Shown: in pieces, positions 35,181 through 45,560 of the stretch | How the letters are laid out: the number at the start of each line of letters is the position of its first letter | Numbering within the stretch: position 1 is the first letter of the stretch | Assembly: GCA_943359335.1 (NCBI GenBank) | Contig: CALRHC010000004.1 | Span: 1-58,156 of the forward strand | From: Candidatus Yanofskybacteria bacterium | GTDB taxonomy: Bacteria; Patescibacteriota; Minisyncoccia; JACQLN01 | Length of the DNA: 58,156 bases | Reading direction: 5' to 3' | Notes under the pieces: generated by a model | What the model was told of the DNA's origin: nothing | The model's database searches: none | The model's input: the letters and a program-made list of their open reading frames with translations, nothing else | Program-made: the position numbers and the translations under genes

Positions 35181-37367
35181 TTAAGCACTTTGCAATTTCA
35201 AAGAAAGCAAATGCGAAATGCCATCTTTCATGGAAATACCATATAAAGCATCGGCGCCGCGCATAGTTTCGCGGTTATGAGTAATAATTATAAACTGTGT
35301 ATCTTTAGATAATTCTTTAACCAAACGCACAAATTTTTGTGTATTGGTTTCGTCGAGTGCTGCATCAATTTCGTCTAAAACCATAACTGGCGGTTTGCGA
35401 ATACTGGCCAAGGCAAATAACAAAGCGATGGATGTTAATGTTCTTTCTCCGCCCGAAAGTGTGCCTAAATTTTTTACTTTTTTATTTGGCAAATCTAGTT
35501 TAATCTCCACGCCACTTACTTCCTCTTCATCTAAAATATCTTCCGAATCTTTTTGAGATTTGATATTTGATATTTGATATTTCATCGCGGCTTCCGCGAG
35601 ACTAGCCTTTCCCCCGCCAAAAATCAATCTAAAATATCCACCGAAAATATTACTCATTTCGGAAAGCGTAGTTTTATATTTTATACTTATTTCTTTTTCC
35701 AAATTTTTAACCAAATCTTCCAAAGAAGTTAAAGTTTTAGAAAGATCTTCCGATTCCTTACTTAAAAATTCAAAACGCTGGTTTGCGCCTTCATATTCTT
35801 GAATTATTTTCTCGTCTATTGAACCCACTTCTTCTAATTTTCTTTTTAATTTAAAGACTTTGTCTTCGAGTAAAGAAGAATCCGAAACAGACGAAGCCAA
35901 AACCACATTACTATTCTGTGGCTCCACGCTCAAAACTTCCGCCAATGTAACAACACCAACTACGCCCAAATCTTGGTTAAATTTATCTTTGTGCAATTTT
36001 AACTTTTCACTTTCTATTTCTGTTTCCCTTAAAGAACTTTCTAACCTGTAAAGTTCCGATTCCTTTTCCCTATAAATTCTTTCGGCAGCCAAAGAAACTT
36101 TGCGTTCGTCTATAAGCATTTTTTCTTTTTCGGAACGAAGCAAATTAGCTTTGTCCAACTTTTCTTTAATTTCACTTTGCGAAGTTAATAATTTTTCCAG
36201 ACCATGTTTAAGCAAGGGCAAAGTGTTGGAACTTACCGCAGGGTCAATACCTTTTTCTATGGCTTTTAATAAATCCTGAAGCGATAAAGCCACACCGGCC
36301 ATAACCCGCCTTAAAGAATCCACGTCCATACCTTTAAAATCTACACTCAAGTTTGTAACAAGTTCGCCTATTTTGCCTTTTAAATATTCCATACTTACTG
36401 GCAGACGCTGGCGTTCTCTTTCTTCTTCTAAATTTATTTTACCTTCGGTAGAAATAATTTCCCGCGCTATTTTATTTTCTTCGGCTTCAAAGTTTCTAAC
36501 TTCCGATATACTAGCCGCTAATTCGGCATTAAAATTTGTTTTTTTATCAAAAGAAAATAACTCTTCGCGAAATTTTTTAACTTCTTCGGTTAACGGCCTT
36601 AAACTTTGTTTAAACCGTCTTTCTTTTTCGGAAATTTTATTTTCCCAAGCCAAAATTTCTCTGTATCTATTACCAAATAAATCTACAGATGCGATTTTAA
36701 GCTCAGCTAAATACTCTGCCTTTTTTTCTAGTTTTTCTTTTTCTCTTTTTAAAACCCTAAGCTGAGGTTTTAATTCGGTTAAAATTGCGCCAACTTTTTC
36801 TAAATTTTCGCGTGTACGTTTTAATTTAGCTTCCGCTTGGTAACGCTTGTCTTGGTATTCTTTTACACCAGCTGCTTCTTCTATAAAACCTTTAAACTCT
36901 TTTGGGGCTAAATTTAAAAGCTTATCCGACATACCTTGCGAGATTACTCTAAACGAACTATCACCCACGCGAGATTTCGCCAAAAATTCTTCCATATCGG
37001 AAAGGCGAATTTTCCTACCGTTTAAAATATATGAATTTTCTCCACTTTTATCTACTTCCCGTTCTACCAAAGCTTCGCTTAGGCCTAAGTGGCTATTTAC
37101 CTCATCGCTCATATCAAAATGCATACCCACGTTGGCGCGCGCTAAAGAATTTCTGGTACCCGAACCATAGAAAATTAAATCCTCGCCTTTTTTACCACGC
37201 AAGTTTTTAAAGCTTTGCTCGGCCATAGCCCATCGGATAGCATCCACAACATTAGATTTACCCGAACCATTCGGCCCAGCCACCACAGTTATGCCTCTAG
37301 GAAAATCCAGCGTGGTGGACTTAGCGAATGATTTGAATCCACTAATTTTTAGCGATTTGAGATACAT
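35181..37367 (-). CDS. smc: Short SMC-family ATPase (728 aa)
   Basis: GFKSF, Walker A GPNGSGKSN, signature LSGGE, Walker B LDEIDAALD, IIITH. Confidence 0.88.
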   Translation of the reverse strand: MYLKSLKISGFKSFAKSTTLDFPRGITVVAGPNGSGKSNVVDAIRWAMAEQSFKNLRGKKGEDLIFYGSGTRNSLARANVGMHFDMSDEVNSHLGLSEALVEREVDKSGENSYILNGRKIRLSDMEEFLAKSRVGDSSFRVISQGMSDKLLNLAPKEFKGFIEEAAGVKEYQDKRYQAEAKLKRTRENLEKVGAILTELKPQLRVLKREKEKLEKKAEYLAELKIASVDLFGNRYREILAWENKISEKERRFKQSLRPLTEEVKKFREELFSFDKKTNFNAELAASISEVRNFEAEENKIAREIISTEGKINLEEERERQRLPVSMEYLKGKIGELVTNLSVDFKGMDVDSLRRVMAGVALSLQDLLKAIEKGIDPAVSSNTLPLLKHGLEKLLTSQSEIKEKLDKANLLRSEKEKMLIDERKVSLAAERIYREKESELYRLESSLRETEIESEKLKLHKDKFNQDLGVVGVVTLAEVLSVEPQNSNVVLASSVSDSSLLEDKVFKLKRKLEEVGSIDEKIIQEYEGANQRFEFLSKESEDLSKTLTSLEDLVKNLEKEISIKYKTTLSEMSNIFGGYFRLIFGGGKASLAEAAMKYQISNIKSQKDSEDILDEEEVSGVEIKLDLPNKKVKNLGTLSGGERTLTSIALLFALASIRKPPVMVLDEIDAALDETNTQKFVRLVKELSKDTQFIIITHNRETMRGADALYGISMKDGISHLLSLKLQSA

Positions 37368-37424
37368 AATACAAATATTATTTTAACATAAAAAATACCG
37401 AGCACATTTCGTGCTCGGCTAAGC

Positions 37425-37625
37425 TCACTGCCTAGGTTTGGTTTCTCTAGGGTTTAAACCCCTCAAAACTTCGACGATTGTTTTCCAATTTGTTCTTAAA
37501 AATCTTTTTAATCCTCTGATACTATCTTCAGCACTCACTGTTTCACTAGAACCAGAAAGCCTTCTTTCGCAAATTTCCTTCAAAGATTCTTCACTAACTG
37601 GATTCACAATTCTTGCCACCACCAT
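37425..37625 (-). CDS. Small hypothetical protein
   Basis: SD AAAGGAG before the start; terminator at 37397-37420. Confidence 0.55.
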   Translation of the reverse strand: MVVARIVNPVSEESLKEICERRLSGSSETVSAEDSIRGLKRFLRTNWKTIVEVLRGLNPRETKPRQ

Positions 37626-37634
37626 TTCTCCTTT

Positions 37635-37859
37635 TTAGTCTAAGTGAACTGGAAACTTACATTCAGCTACTTCTTGAGGAGTTCTCCCTGGCCCAATTTC
37701 AATATAAGCGTTCGCGCTTTTTCTCTCAAGATCAGCAACCCTTTGTAGGTCTGATAACTGTTGGAGAGTTAATTTGAAATTTCTTAAACCTCCACCTATT
37801 ATTTTTAGGCTTGAATCGTAATACTTTGAAACATCAACTGGCTTTCCCTGCTTGACCAT
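37635..37859 (-). CDS. Small hypothetical protein
   Basis: 74-aa ORF in tandem after rnc, with a purine-rich leader. Confidence 0.55.
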   Translation of the reverse strand: MVKQGKPVDVSKYYDSSLKIIGGGLRNFKLTLQQLSDLQRVADLERKSANAYIEIGPGRTPQEVAECKFPVHLD

Positions 37860-37885
37860 TTTTACTCTCTCTTTTTTTAAAAGGA

Positions 37886-38563
37886 CTATTTCTCAAGGGC
37901 AGCTTCTGCTGCTTTTTGTTCAGCTTCTTGTTTAGAAGGTCCTGAACCTTTTCCAGCAAGTTCTTCGTTTAAATATACGCCAACTTCAAAAATTTTGTCG
38001 TGATCTGGCCCAGTTTCTTTTAAAACTTTATAATTAGGCGTAATTCCAAATTTTTCTTGAGATTGCTCTTGAAACAAACTTTTAGAATCTTTATAAGATT
38101 TACTTTTTATTATTTTTTCTAAATCACAAATAATATTTTGTTTAACAAATTTAGAAACAGTTTCATAACCATGGTCTAAATATATAGCGCCAATTATTGC
38201 CTCCATGGTGTTCGCCAAAATAACTTGGCGCGCCCTACCCATATCCTTAGATTCGCCCTTTGAAAGCAAAAGAAAATCGTTAAATTCTAAATTTCCTGCT
38301 ACTTCGCTTAAATTAACATAGTTAACCAAAGCTGCGCGCCAGTTTGTTAGTTCGCCTTCGGAGTTTTTATAGTTTTTATAAAGATATTCGGTTACAACAA
38401 GTTCTAAAACTGCGTCACCCAAAAATTCTAGGCGTTCGTTGTTTTCTAAACCACTTTCTGGGTTTTCGTTTAACCAAGAGCGATGAATTAAGGCTTGCTT
38501 TAAAAGATTTTTATCCTTAAAAACAACCCCCAACTTTTCTTCTAGCTTTTTTAAGTCGTGCAT
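37886..38563 (-). CDS. rnc: Ribonuclease III
   Basis: NNERLEFLGDAVL plus a dsRBD. Confidence 0.98.
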   Translation of the reverse strand: MHDLKKLEEKLGVVFKDKNLLKQALIHRSWLNENPESGLENNERLEFLGDAVLELVVTEYLYKNYKNSEGELTNWRAALVNYVNLSEVAGNLEFNDFLLLSKGESKDMGRARQVILANTMEAIIGAIYLDHGYETVSKFVKQNIICDLEKIIKSKSYKDSKSLFQEQSQEKFGITPNYKVLKETGPDHDKIFEVGVYLNEELAGKGSGPSKQEAEQKAAEAALEK

Positions 38564-38630
38564 TTATTTACAAAAACCCTAAACTCTAATTCCTAAATCC
38601 TAAAAAATTTTAGAACTTAGGGTTTAGTAT

Positions 38631-39149
38631 TTAGGATTTGATATTTTCATCTGTCACATTATTTTCTGTATCACCAGAAACATTTTCTTCTGAAACCTTC
38701 TTTGCTTTGGATGTATCGTCCTTTAAAGGTTCACCAATTTCGCGATAAATTGTTCCTAAAACTCCATTAACAAATTTTCCAGAAGACTCACCTCCAAAAG
38801 ATTTAGCTAGTTCTATGGCTTCGTTTATTGCAACTTTTGGCGGAACTTCTTTATAATCGCCAAATAAAAGTTCATAAATACCAAGGCGTAAAACATTTCT
38901 ATCTACCATTGCAATTTGTTCGATTGGCCATTCAGGAGCGGCTTTCGCAATAATTTGATCTATCTTTGCTAAATAAGAAACAACGCCATTTACTAATTGG
39001 CGGATAAAAGAATCATCCTCTAATCCAGGACCAAATTCTTTAGAATTTTGAGCTATATAATTTTCTAAATTAGCAGTGTCTGCACCACGAAAATCCCACT
39101 CGTAAAGACTCTGCATAGCGATAGAACGAGATAAATGACGATTGGCCAT
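38631..39149 (-). CDS. nusB: Transcription antitermination factor NusB
   Basis: RSIAMQSLYE, VDRNVLRLG, VAINEAIELAK, FVNGVL. Confidence 0.97.
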   Translation of the reverse strand: MANRHLSRSIAMQSLYEWDFRGADTANLENYIAQNSKEFGPGLEDDSFIRQLVNGVVSYLAKIDQIIAKAAPEWPIEQIAMVDRNVLRLGIYELLFGDYKEVPPKVAINEAIELAKSFGGESSGKFVNGVLGTIYREIGEPLKDDTSKAKKVSEENVSGDTENNVTDENIKS

Positions 39150-39230
39150 TTTAGTTAATTTTCAATTTACAATCAAACTCCAATTTTATAATTTTCAAAC
39201 ATTGAGAATTGCAAAATTGAGAATTGATAA

Positions 39231-39446
39231 TTATTTTCTAGAAGATTTAGCTTTTCTCTTGGCAGCCTTAGCTACCATATCTATTACTTGCCTGCCCTTG
39301 TAAGATCCGCAACTAACGCAAACAACGTGCTGCAAAACCCTAGCTCCACATTTAGAGCAAGAAGATAGAGCTTTTTTCTTTAAAGCCAAATGACTGCGTC
39401 TTTTACCTTGTTTAGATTTAGTACGTCTGTGTCTTGGAACACCCAT
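39231..39446 (-). CDS. rpmF: 50S ribosomal protein L32
   Basis: MGVPRHRRTKSKQGKRRSH...CSKC...CVSCGSY; start reassigned. Confidence 0.95.
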   Translation of the reverse strand: MGVPRHRRTKSKQGKRRSHLALKKKALSSCSKCGARVLQHVVCVSCGSYKGRQVIDMVAKAAKRKAKSSRK

Positions 39447-39591
39447 ATATTTTTCTATTAACTTTAACCCTAATACTCTATCAAAAATCAAAAATATTGG
39501 CAATATAGTAAACCGACTAGACTATAATACAAATATGTTTTATATTACAAAGTAAATCAGATCTTTAAAAATAAAAAACTGGGGGGTGTCT

Positions 39592-40254
39592 ATGGCACGT
39601 CACACCGAAAGATTAGCAAGGCAAATGGTGAACCATCTTATTAAGCCTCATATAGATAGAGAAACTCCAAATAACCACGAAAGAACGCTGGGCAATAATT
39701 GGCTTTACTTAACATCTCTTTTAGCAGAATGTTTAGAAAAGAAACCAATAGAAATCACTACCGATACATATGAATGCATAGTTAAAGAATTATCTACATA
39801 TTCAACAACAGAAATTATCTTGTTAGCTTTTGTGGCTAATCGGCTAACAAAACACAAACGATACAACCACGATTTCACCACTAAAGAAAGATTTTATGCT
39901 TTTAAATGTGCGCTATTAAACTTAGCAATTATGCACTTCTACTGGGCAAATAGAATTTATTATGTAGAAGATGAAAAGCCGTGGTTACACAAAGACGAAA
40001 GACCCTTTTTGTTGATACGCCAAGACCCACAAAACAGAGGTAACTTACTTTTAAAGTTTTCGATAGAAGGTTCTTACAAAATAGACGAAGAAACTTCGAA
40101 AATTAGGCGCCACTATATGCCCCATAGTTTTATTAGCTTGCATTTGCCTAAAAACAATCTGCACCCAGAAATAGCAGAAATAATAAAGACATATGAATCT
40201 GGCAAAATAACAACAGAAAGACCTGCCCTACCCATCGAACTAGTTGTTTCCTAA
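39592..40254 (+). CDS. Hypothetical protein
   Basis: About 220-aa ORF; GGGGG SD; terminator at 40261-40291. Confidence 0.7.
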   Translation: MARHTERLARQMVNHLIKPHIDRETPNNHERTLGNNWLYLTSLLAECLEKKPIEITTDTYECIVKELSTYSTTEIILLAFVANRLTKHKRYNHDFTTKERFYAFKCALLNLAIMHFYWANRIYYVEDEKPWLHKDERPFLLIRQDPQNRGNLLLKFSIEGSYKIDEETSKIRRHYMPHSFISLHLPKNNLHPEIAEIIKTYESGKITTERPALPIELVVS

Positions 40255-40296
40255 AAAACAAAACCGCCCGAAAAAATCGAGGCGGTTTTTTATTTT

Positions 40297-40566
40297 TTAA
40301 GTATCAAGAAAATCACCTCTCCATGCACTGTCAACCAACCAGAATAAATTAGAAACTTCATCTATAAAAAAAGTTATGGTTTTCCATCCACCTTTAAAAA
40401 CACTTAATACGACAACAGCACAAAATAAAATAACAGTTACAATAGACTTGATCAGACCAGCAAAGAAAATGTATATCCATTTTCTTTTTTCTTTGTAAGC
40501 CCTTCTCATCCAAAAAATAGATAGTGCCAACCAAACAACTAGAGTCGGAATCATAAAATGATCCAT
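40297..40566 (-). CDS. Small two-TM hypothetical protein
   Basis: Start reassigned to MDHF (SD AAGGAGG at 40572-40578). Confidence 0.65.
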   Translation of the reverse strand: MDHFMIPTLVVWLALSIFWMRRAYKEKRKWIYIFFAGLIKSIVTVILFCAVVVLSVFKGGWKTITFFIDEVSNLFWLVDSAWRGDFLDT

Positions 40567-40701
40567 TCTGACCTCCTTGCGGTTGTTGAGAGTTAACTTA
40601 AATAATGAACTTTCAATAAGATACAACAATAATTAAATTATATCAAGTTATATTGCTCAACTTGTTCTGCTATACTTTGATTGGTTAATTTGAACTCGCT
40701 T

Positions 40702-43700
40702 ATGAAATTTTCTCACTTACATACCCATTCTCATTATTCCCTGCTCGATGGCTTAGCCAAAATCGACGATCTTGTTAAACGCGCTGGCGAACTTGGTATG
40801 GATTCACTGGCCCTAACCGATCACGGTGCAATGTACGGCGCCATAGATTTTTACAAAACCGCAAAAAAAGCTGGCATAAAACCAATCGTGGGTTGCGAAC
40901 TTTATGTTTCACGCGAAAGCAGGCTTTTAAAACGTGCGGGCATAGACGACAAGCGCTATCACTTAACGGTGCTCGCCGAAAATATAGACGGCTATAAAAA
41001 TTTAATAAAACTTGTAACCAAAGCCTATTTGGAAGGTTTTTATTATAAACCGCGTGTAGATAAAGAACTTTTACGCGAACATTCTAAAGGCTTAATTGTT
41101 CTTTCAGGTTGTTTTCAAAGCGAGATTTCAACAGCAATAAGAAACAAAAAAGTTGATGATGCCGAAAAATTAATTTACGAATATCAAGAAATTTTTGGGC
41201 GCGAAAATTTTTATTTAGAAATTATGCCTCACGGCGCCGAAGATGAATTAAAATATATTTTAGAAACCTATAAACATCTTTCCCAAAAAACTGGTGCGCA
41301 ACTGGTAGCCACCAACGACGTCCATTATGTAAACCACGAAGATGCCGAAGCCCAAGATATTTTAATTTCGGTAGGCACAGGTACAAATACAAAAGACAAA
41401 GATCGTTTAAGTTTGCTTGAATATAATCTTTCTATGCGTTCGGCCGAAGAAATGTTAAACCTTTTGCCAGATTACCAACACGCCATAGAAAGAACTCACG
41501 AAATTGCACAAAGAACCAACCTAGAATTAGAACTTGGCAAATGGACATTCCCCGATTTTAAATTGCCCAGTGGTACTACAGCCGATAGTGAACTTCGCCG
41601 TTTGGCCGAAGCTGGTTTTGCACACAGAAATTTGGAACGCTCACCTTTATATTTAGACAGAATGAATTATGAGCTGGGGATAATTGAAGCCAAAGGCTAC
41701 GCTCCATATTTTTTAGTGGTAGCCGATCTTTTAAGGTTTGCTCACGAAAATGGAATCTTAACAAATATTAGAGGTTCGGTGGCAGGTTCGCTTTCAACCT
41801 ATTTAACAGGAATTACAAAAGTTAACCCCATAGATTATAAAATTCCTTTTGAAAGATTTTTAAACCCAGAACGCCCTTCTGCGCCCGATATCGATATGGA
41901 CTTTGCCGATAACCGAAGAGACGAAGTTATTGAATACGCTCGCAAAAAATATGGTGAAGATAAAGTAGCTCAAATTGGTACATTCGGAACAATGATGGCG
42001 CGTGCCGCTGTGCGCGATGTGGCTCGTGCACTTGGCCACCCTTATTCTGTTGGCGATGGTATAGCAAAGTTAATTCCCATGGGTTCACAGGGCTTCCCGA
42101 TGACAATCGACCAAGCCTTAAAAATTACACCAGAACTTTCTCAACTATACGAAACCGACACCACTATCGCCGAAGTAATAAACCAAGCTAAAAAAATGGA
42201 GGGTTGTGCCCGCCACATTTCTGTTCATGCTGCTGGTGTTGTTATTAGTCCTCGTCCACTTACAGAATTTGTGCCATTACAGTTAGACCCTAAAGGTGGC
42301 CGAATAATTACCCAATACGATATGCACGCCGTAGAAGATGCCGGGCTTTTAAAATTTGATTTTCTTGGAATAAGAAACTTATCTATTTTAGAAGACACAG
42401 TTAAATTAGCCAAAGAACACCGCAATATAGATTTAGACATAGAAAATATTCCGCTCGACGATAAAAAATCTTTCGAACTTTTGGCTAAAGGCGAAACCAT
42501 TGGCTTATTCCAATTAAACGGTGCAGGTATGACAAAATATTTAAAAGACCTGCGGCCAACAACCATTCACGACATTAACGCTATGGTGGCTTTGTACCGC
42601 CCTGGCCCATTGGAATCTATTCCTAGGTATATAGAAAGAAAACACAATCCACGTTTAATTGAATATTTCGATCCACGTATGAAAGATATTTTGGATCAAT
42701 CTTACGGAATTTTAACTTATCAAGATGATGTTTTAATGGTAGCCATAAAATTGGCAGGCTACAGTTGGTTGGAAGCCGATAAACTTAGAAAAGCTATGGG
42801 TAAAAAAATTCCAGCCGAAATGGAAGCCCAAAAAGCAAAATTTACCGAAGGCGCTGTAAAAAACGGTATGACCGATTTTAAAGCTTACGAACTTTGGAAA
42901 CTTATAGAACCTTTTGCCGCTTACGGTTTTAACAAAGCACATGCGGCGAGCTACGGCCGTGTTGCCTACCAAACCGCCTATGCCAAGGCCAATTTCCCCG
43001 CCGAATTTATGACAGCGGTTTTAACTGCAGAATCCGGCGATATAGAAAAAATCGCCGAAATTATAAACGAATGCACGCGTATGAATATTCCCGTTTTAGC
43101 ACCGAATGTTAACGAAAGTGTGGGCAAGTTTACTGTAATAAAAGGCTCTAAAGACAATAGCGACTTGTCCTCCATAGCTTTAGCGAAGGAGGATAAAATT
43201 CGTTTCGGTTTAGAATCAATTAAAAATGTGGGTGTAAATGTTGTTGCGGCCATTATCGAAGCCCGCGTCAAAGACGGAAGGTTTAAAACCTTATCCGATT
43301 TTATAGAAAGAATTATACATAAAGATTTAAATAAAAAATCTTTAGAAGCCTTAGCCAAAGCTGGTGCGTTAGATAGTTTGGGCGAACGAAACCAAATTTT
43401 AGAAAATATGGATTACCTTTTAACTTTTTCTAAAGAAATGAAGCAGGCTGGTTCTCTTAACCAATCCAGTATTTTTGATAACATTGCCGATTCTGCTCCT
43501 ATTTTAAAATTAAAGAACTCTATTCCTGCTACCGAATCCGTTAAACTGGCTTGGGAAAAAGAACTTTTAGGTTTGTATGTAAGTTCTCACCCATTAGAAC
43601 AACATAAAATTGTTTTAGAAAAAAAAGCAAAACCCATAAAAGATCTGCTAGCTTCTAGCTTAACTGTTACCGTGGGTGGGATAATAAATAAATATAGAAA

Positions 43701-43911
43701 AATAATAACTAAAACTGGAAAAGCTATGGCATTCGCACAACTCGCCGATTTTTCCGGCGAAATAGAAGTTGTGATTTTCCCCGATACTTATGCCAAAAAA
43801 CCCGAAATATGGGAAATGGATAAAATAATGTTAATAAAGGGTAATGTGCAAATACGCGACAATGCTCTTAAATTTATCTGCAAAGATGCTACCGAATTAA
43901 AAATAAAATAG
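40702..43911 (+). CDS. dnaE: DNA polymerase III alpha subunit
   Basis: HLHTHSHYSLLDG PHP domain, PDIDMDF, FNKAHAASY, C-terminal OB fold. Confidence 0.98.
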   Translation: MKFSHLHTHSHYSLLDGLAKIDDLVKRAGELGMDSLALTDHGAMYGAIDFYKTAKKAGIKPIVGCELYVSRESRLLKRAGIDDKRYHLTVLAENIDGYKNLIKLVTKAYLEGFYYKPRVDKELLREHSKGLIVLSGCFQSEISTAIRNKKVDDAEKLIYEYQEIFGRENFYLEIMPHGAEDELKYILETYKHLSQKTGAQLVATNDVHYVNHEDAEAQDILISVGTGTNTKDKDRLSLLEYNLSMRSAEEMLNLLPDYQHAIERTHEIAQRTNLELELGKWTFPDFKLPSGTTADSELRRLAEAGFAHRNLERSPLYLDRMNYELGIIEAKGYAPYFLVVADLLRFAHENGILTNIRGSVAGSLSTYLTGITKVNPIDYKIPFERFLNPERPSAPDIDMDFADNRRDEVIEYARKKYGEDKVAQIGTFGTMMARAAVRDVARALGHPYSVGDGIAKLIPMGSQGFPMTIDQALKITPELSQLYETDTTIAEVINQAKKMEGCARHISVHAAGVVISPRPLTEFVPLQLDPKGGRIITQYDMHAVEDAGLLKFDFLGIRNLSILEDTVKLAKEHRNIDLDIENIPLDDKKSFELLAKGETIGLFQLNGAGMTKYLKDLRPTTIHDINAMVALYRPGPLESIPRYIERKHNPRLIEYFDPRMKDILDQSYGILTYQDDVLMVAIKLAGYSWLEADKLRKAMGKKIPAEMEAQKAKFTEGAVKNGMTDFKAYELWKLIEPFAAYGFNKAHAASYGRVAYQTAYAKANFPAEFMTAVLTAESGDIEKIAEIINECTRMNIPVLAPNVNESVGKFTVIKGSKDNSDLSSIALAKEDKIRFGLESIKNVGVNVVAAIIEARVKDGRFKTLSDFIERIIHKDLNKKSLEALAKAGALDSLGERNQILENMDYLLTFSKEMKQAGSLNQSSIFDNIADSAPILKLKNSIPATESVKLAWEKELLGLYVSSHPLEQHKIVLEKKAKPIKDLLASSLTVTVGGIINKYRKIITKTGKAMAFAQLADFSGEIEVVIFPDTYAKKPEIWEMDKIMLIKGNVQIRDNALKFICKDATELKIK

Positions 43912-43913
43912 GG

Positions 43914-45512
43914 GTGTTTAAACTTCTTAACATATTTAACAACAATAAAAAGACAATTATTTTTGGGCTTTTTTTTGTTTTAGTTTTTTTAATTTATGGC
44001 AAAACCATAGGTGGAGATTTTGTTTTTGATGATCGTTATGTAGCTAATAGTAACCAAACATTCCAACTAGAAAATTTTGGCGAAATAATAACTTCACCTT
44101 ATTGGAGCACAGAGTCTGGGTTATACCGGCCAATAACTCTAGTAAGCTATGCGGCAAACTATTCTATTTTTGGAACAAGACCCTGGAGTTTTCATTTAGT
44201 TAATTTACTTCTTTATGTTTGGAGTTGTTGTTTAATTTTTGTTTTTGTAAAAAAGCTAGCTAAAAAAGAATTGCTAGCCTTTTTAAGTGCGCTTATCTTT
44301 TTAGTTTTACCCATACATTCCGAGGCTATCGCTAATATTATTGGGCGCGCCGAAATATTAGCATTGTTTTTTTCTCTGCTTTTTTTACTGGAAATATTAA
44401 AAGAAAAACCAAAAGCTGTATTAGCTGGCTTATGGCTTTTATTAGCTTTGGGTAGCAAAGAAAATTCAGCCATAATTATTCCACTAGGGCTAATTCTTTT
44501 TTTGCAAAAGAATACAGGCTTAAAATATAAAGATTGGCTTTCGATTTCTTGGGGTGCATTTATTTATTTTGGTTCTAGACTCCAAGTGCTGGGCTGGAAT
44601 TATTTTTCTAACTTGGAAACCAGTATTGTAGAAAACCCTCTAAAGTTTGAATCATTTATTCCACGAACCGCTACCTCTTTTAAAATTCTAGCTATATATT
44701 TACAAAAAACTTTTTGGCCTTTTAACTTATGCTCCGATTATTCTTATAATCAAATCCCTATCCTAAAAAATTTCGCTAATATCTGGGCATTAGCTGGGCT
44801 AATAATTTTCACAATATTTATTGCATCTATTTTTATTTTCTGGCGTCGTGCACCAATAATTTCTTTTTCTGCCGCAATTTTTGTATTTGGTTTTTTAATA
44901 ACTAGCAACATACTTTTTACAACGGGCACTATCGCCGGTGAAAGATTAATATATTATCCATCACTAGGACTCGCCATTATTACAGCCTATGTTTTAACTT
45001 TACTAATAAAAAAATTACCTAGTTTATGGCCAAAAATAATAGTTGGCATTTTAACTACATTGTTAATAATCTTTTATGCTTGGCAAAGCCATGCAAGATC
45101 CTTAAATTGGTTAACAGAAAAAAATTTGTTTAGTTCGGCCGCTAAATGCGCGTCCAATAGTGTTCTTTCTCGTTCCAATTATGGAGCTATGCTTTACCAA
45201 GCTGGCGATCTTGAAAATGCCGAAAAAGAATTACTAGCTGCTGAAAAAATATATAACGGCTATCCTAAAGGCTTAAACAATTTGGGTTTAGTGTACTGGA
45301 AAAAAGGCGAAAAAGATAAAGCCCGAGAATATTTTTTAAAAGCGCTTGATTTCGCCTTCCCCTACACCGGCGCTTACGAAAACTTGGCAATGATGGCTTT
45401 GGAATCTGGTGATATTAAAGAAGCTAAAAAATGGTTAACTCTGTTTTATAGTGGAAATAAAATTGCTGCCGAAGATCATATTAAAAATTTAATAGCTCCA
45501 AAGGCTTATTGA
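43914..45512 (+). CDS. GT-C glycosyltransferase with C-terminal TPRs (TMTC/protein O-mannosyltransferase-like)
   Basis: FVFDD, YRP, FHLVNLLL, SKE, DYS, ERLIYYPS motifs; many TMs; TPR tail. Confidence 0.8.
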   Translation: MFKLLNIFNNNKKTIIFGLFFVLVFLIYGKTIGGDFVFDDRYVANSNQTFQLENFGEIITSPYWSTESGLYRPITLVSYAANYSIFGTRPWSFHLVNLLLYVWSCCLIFVFVKKLAKKELLAFLSALIFLVLPIHSEAIANIIGRAEILALFFSLLFLLEILKEKPKAVLAGLWLLLALGSKENSAIIIPLGLILFLQKNTGLKYKDWLSISWGAFIYFGSRLQVLGWNYFSNLETSIVENPLKFESFIPRTATSFKILAIYLQKTFWPFNLCSDYSYNQIPILKNFANIWALAGLIIFTIFIASIFIFWRRAPIISFSAAIFVFGFLITSNILFTTGTIAGERLIYYPSLGLAIITAYVLTLLIKKLPSLWPKIIVGILTTLLIIFYAWQSHARSLNWLTEKNLFSSAAKCASNSVLSRSNYGAMLYQAGDLENAEKELLAAEKIYNGYPKGLNNLGLVYWKKGEKDKAREYFLKALDFAFPYTGAYENLAMMALESGDIKEAKKWLTLFYSGNKIAAEDHIKNLIAPKAY

Positions 45513-45560
45513 AGCTAAATTGCAAAAATGTTAATGTTTTAGAATAAATATTTAACTTAT

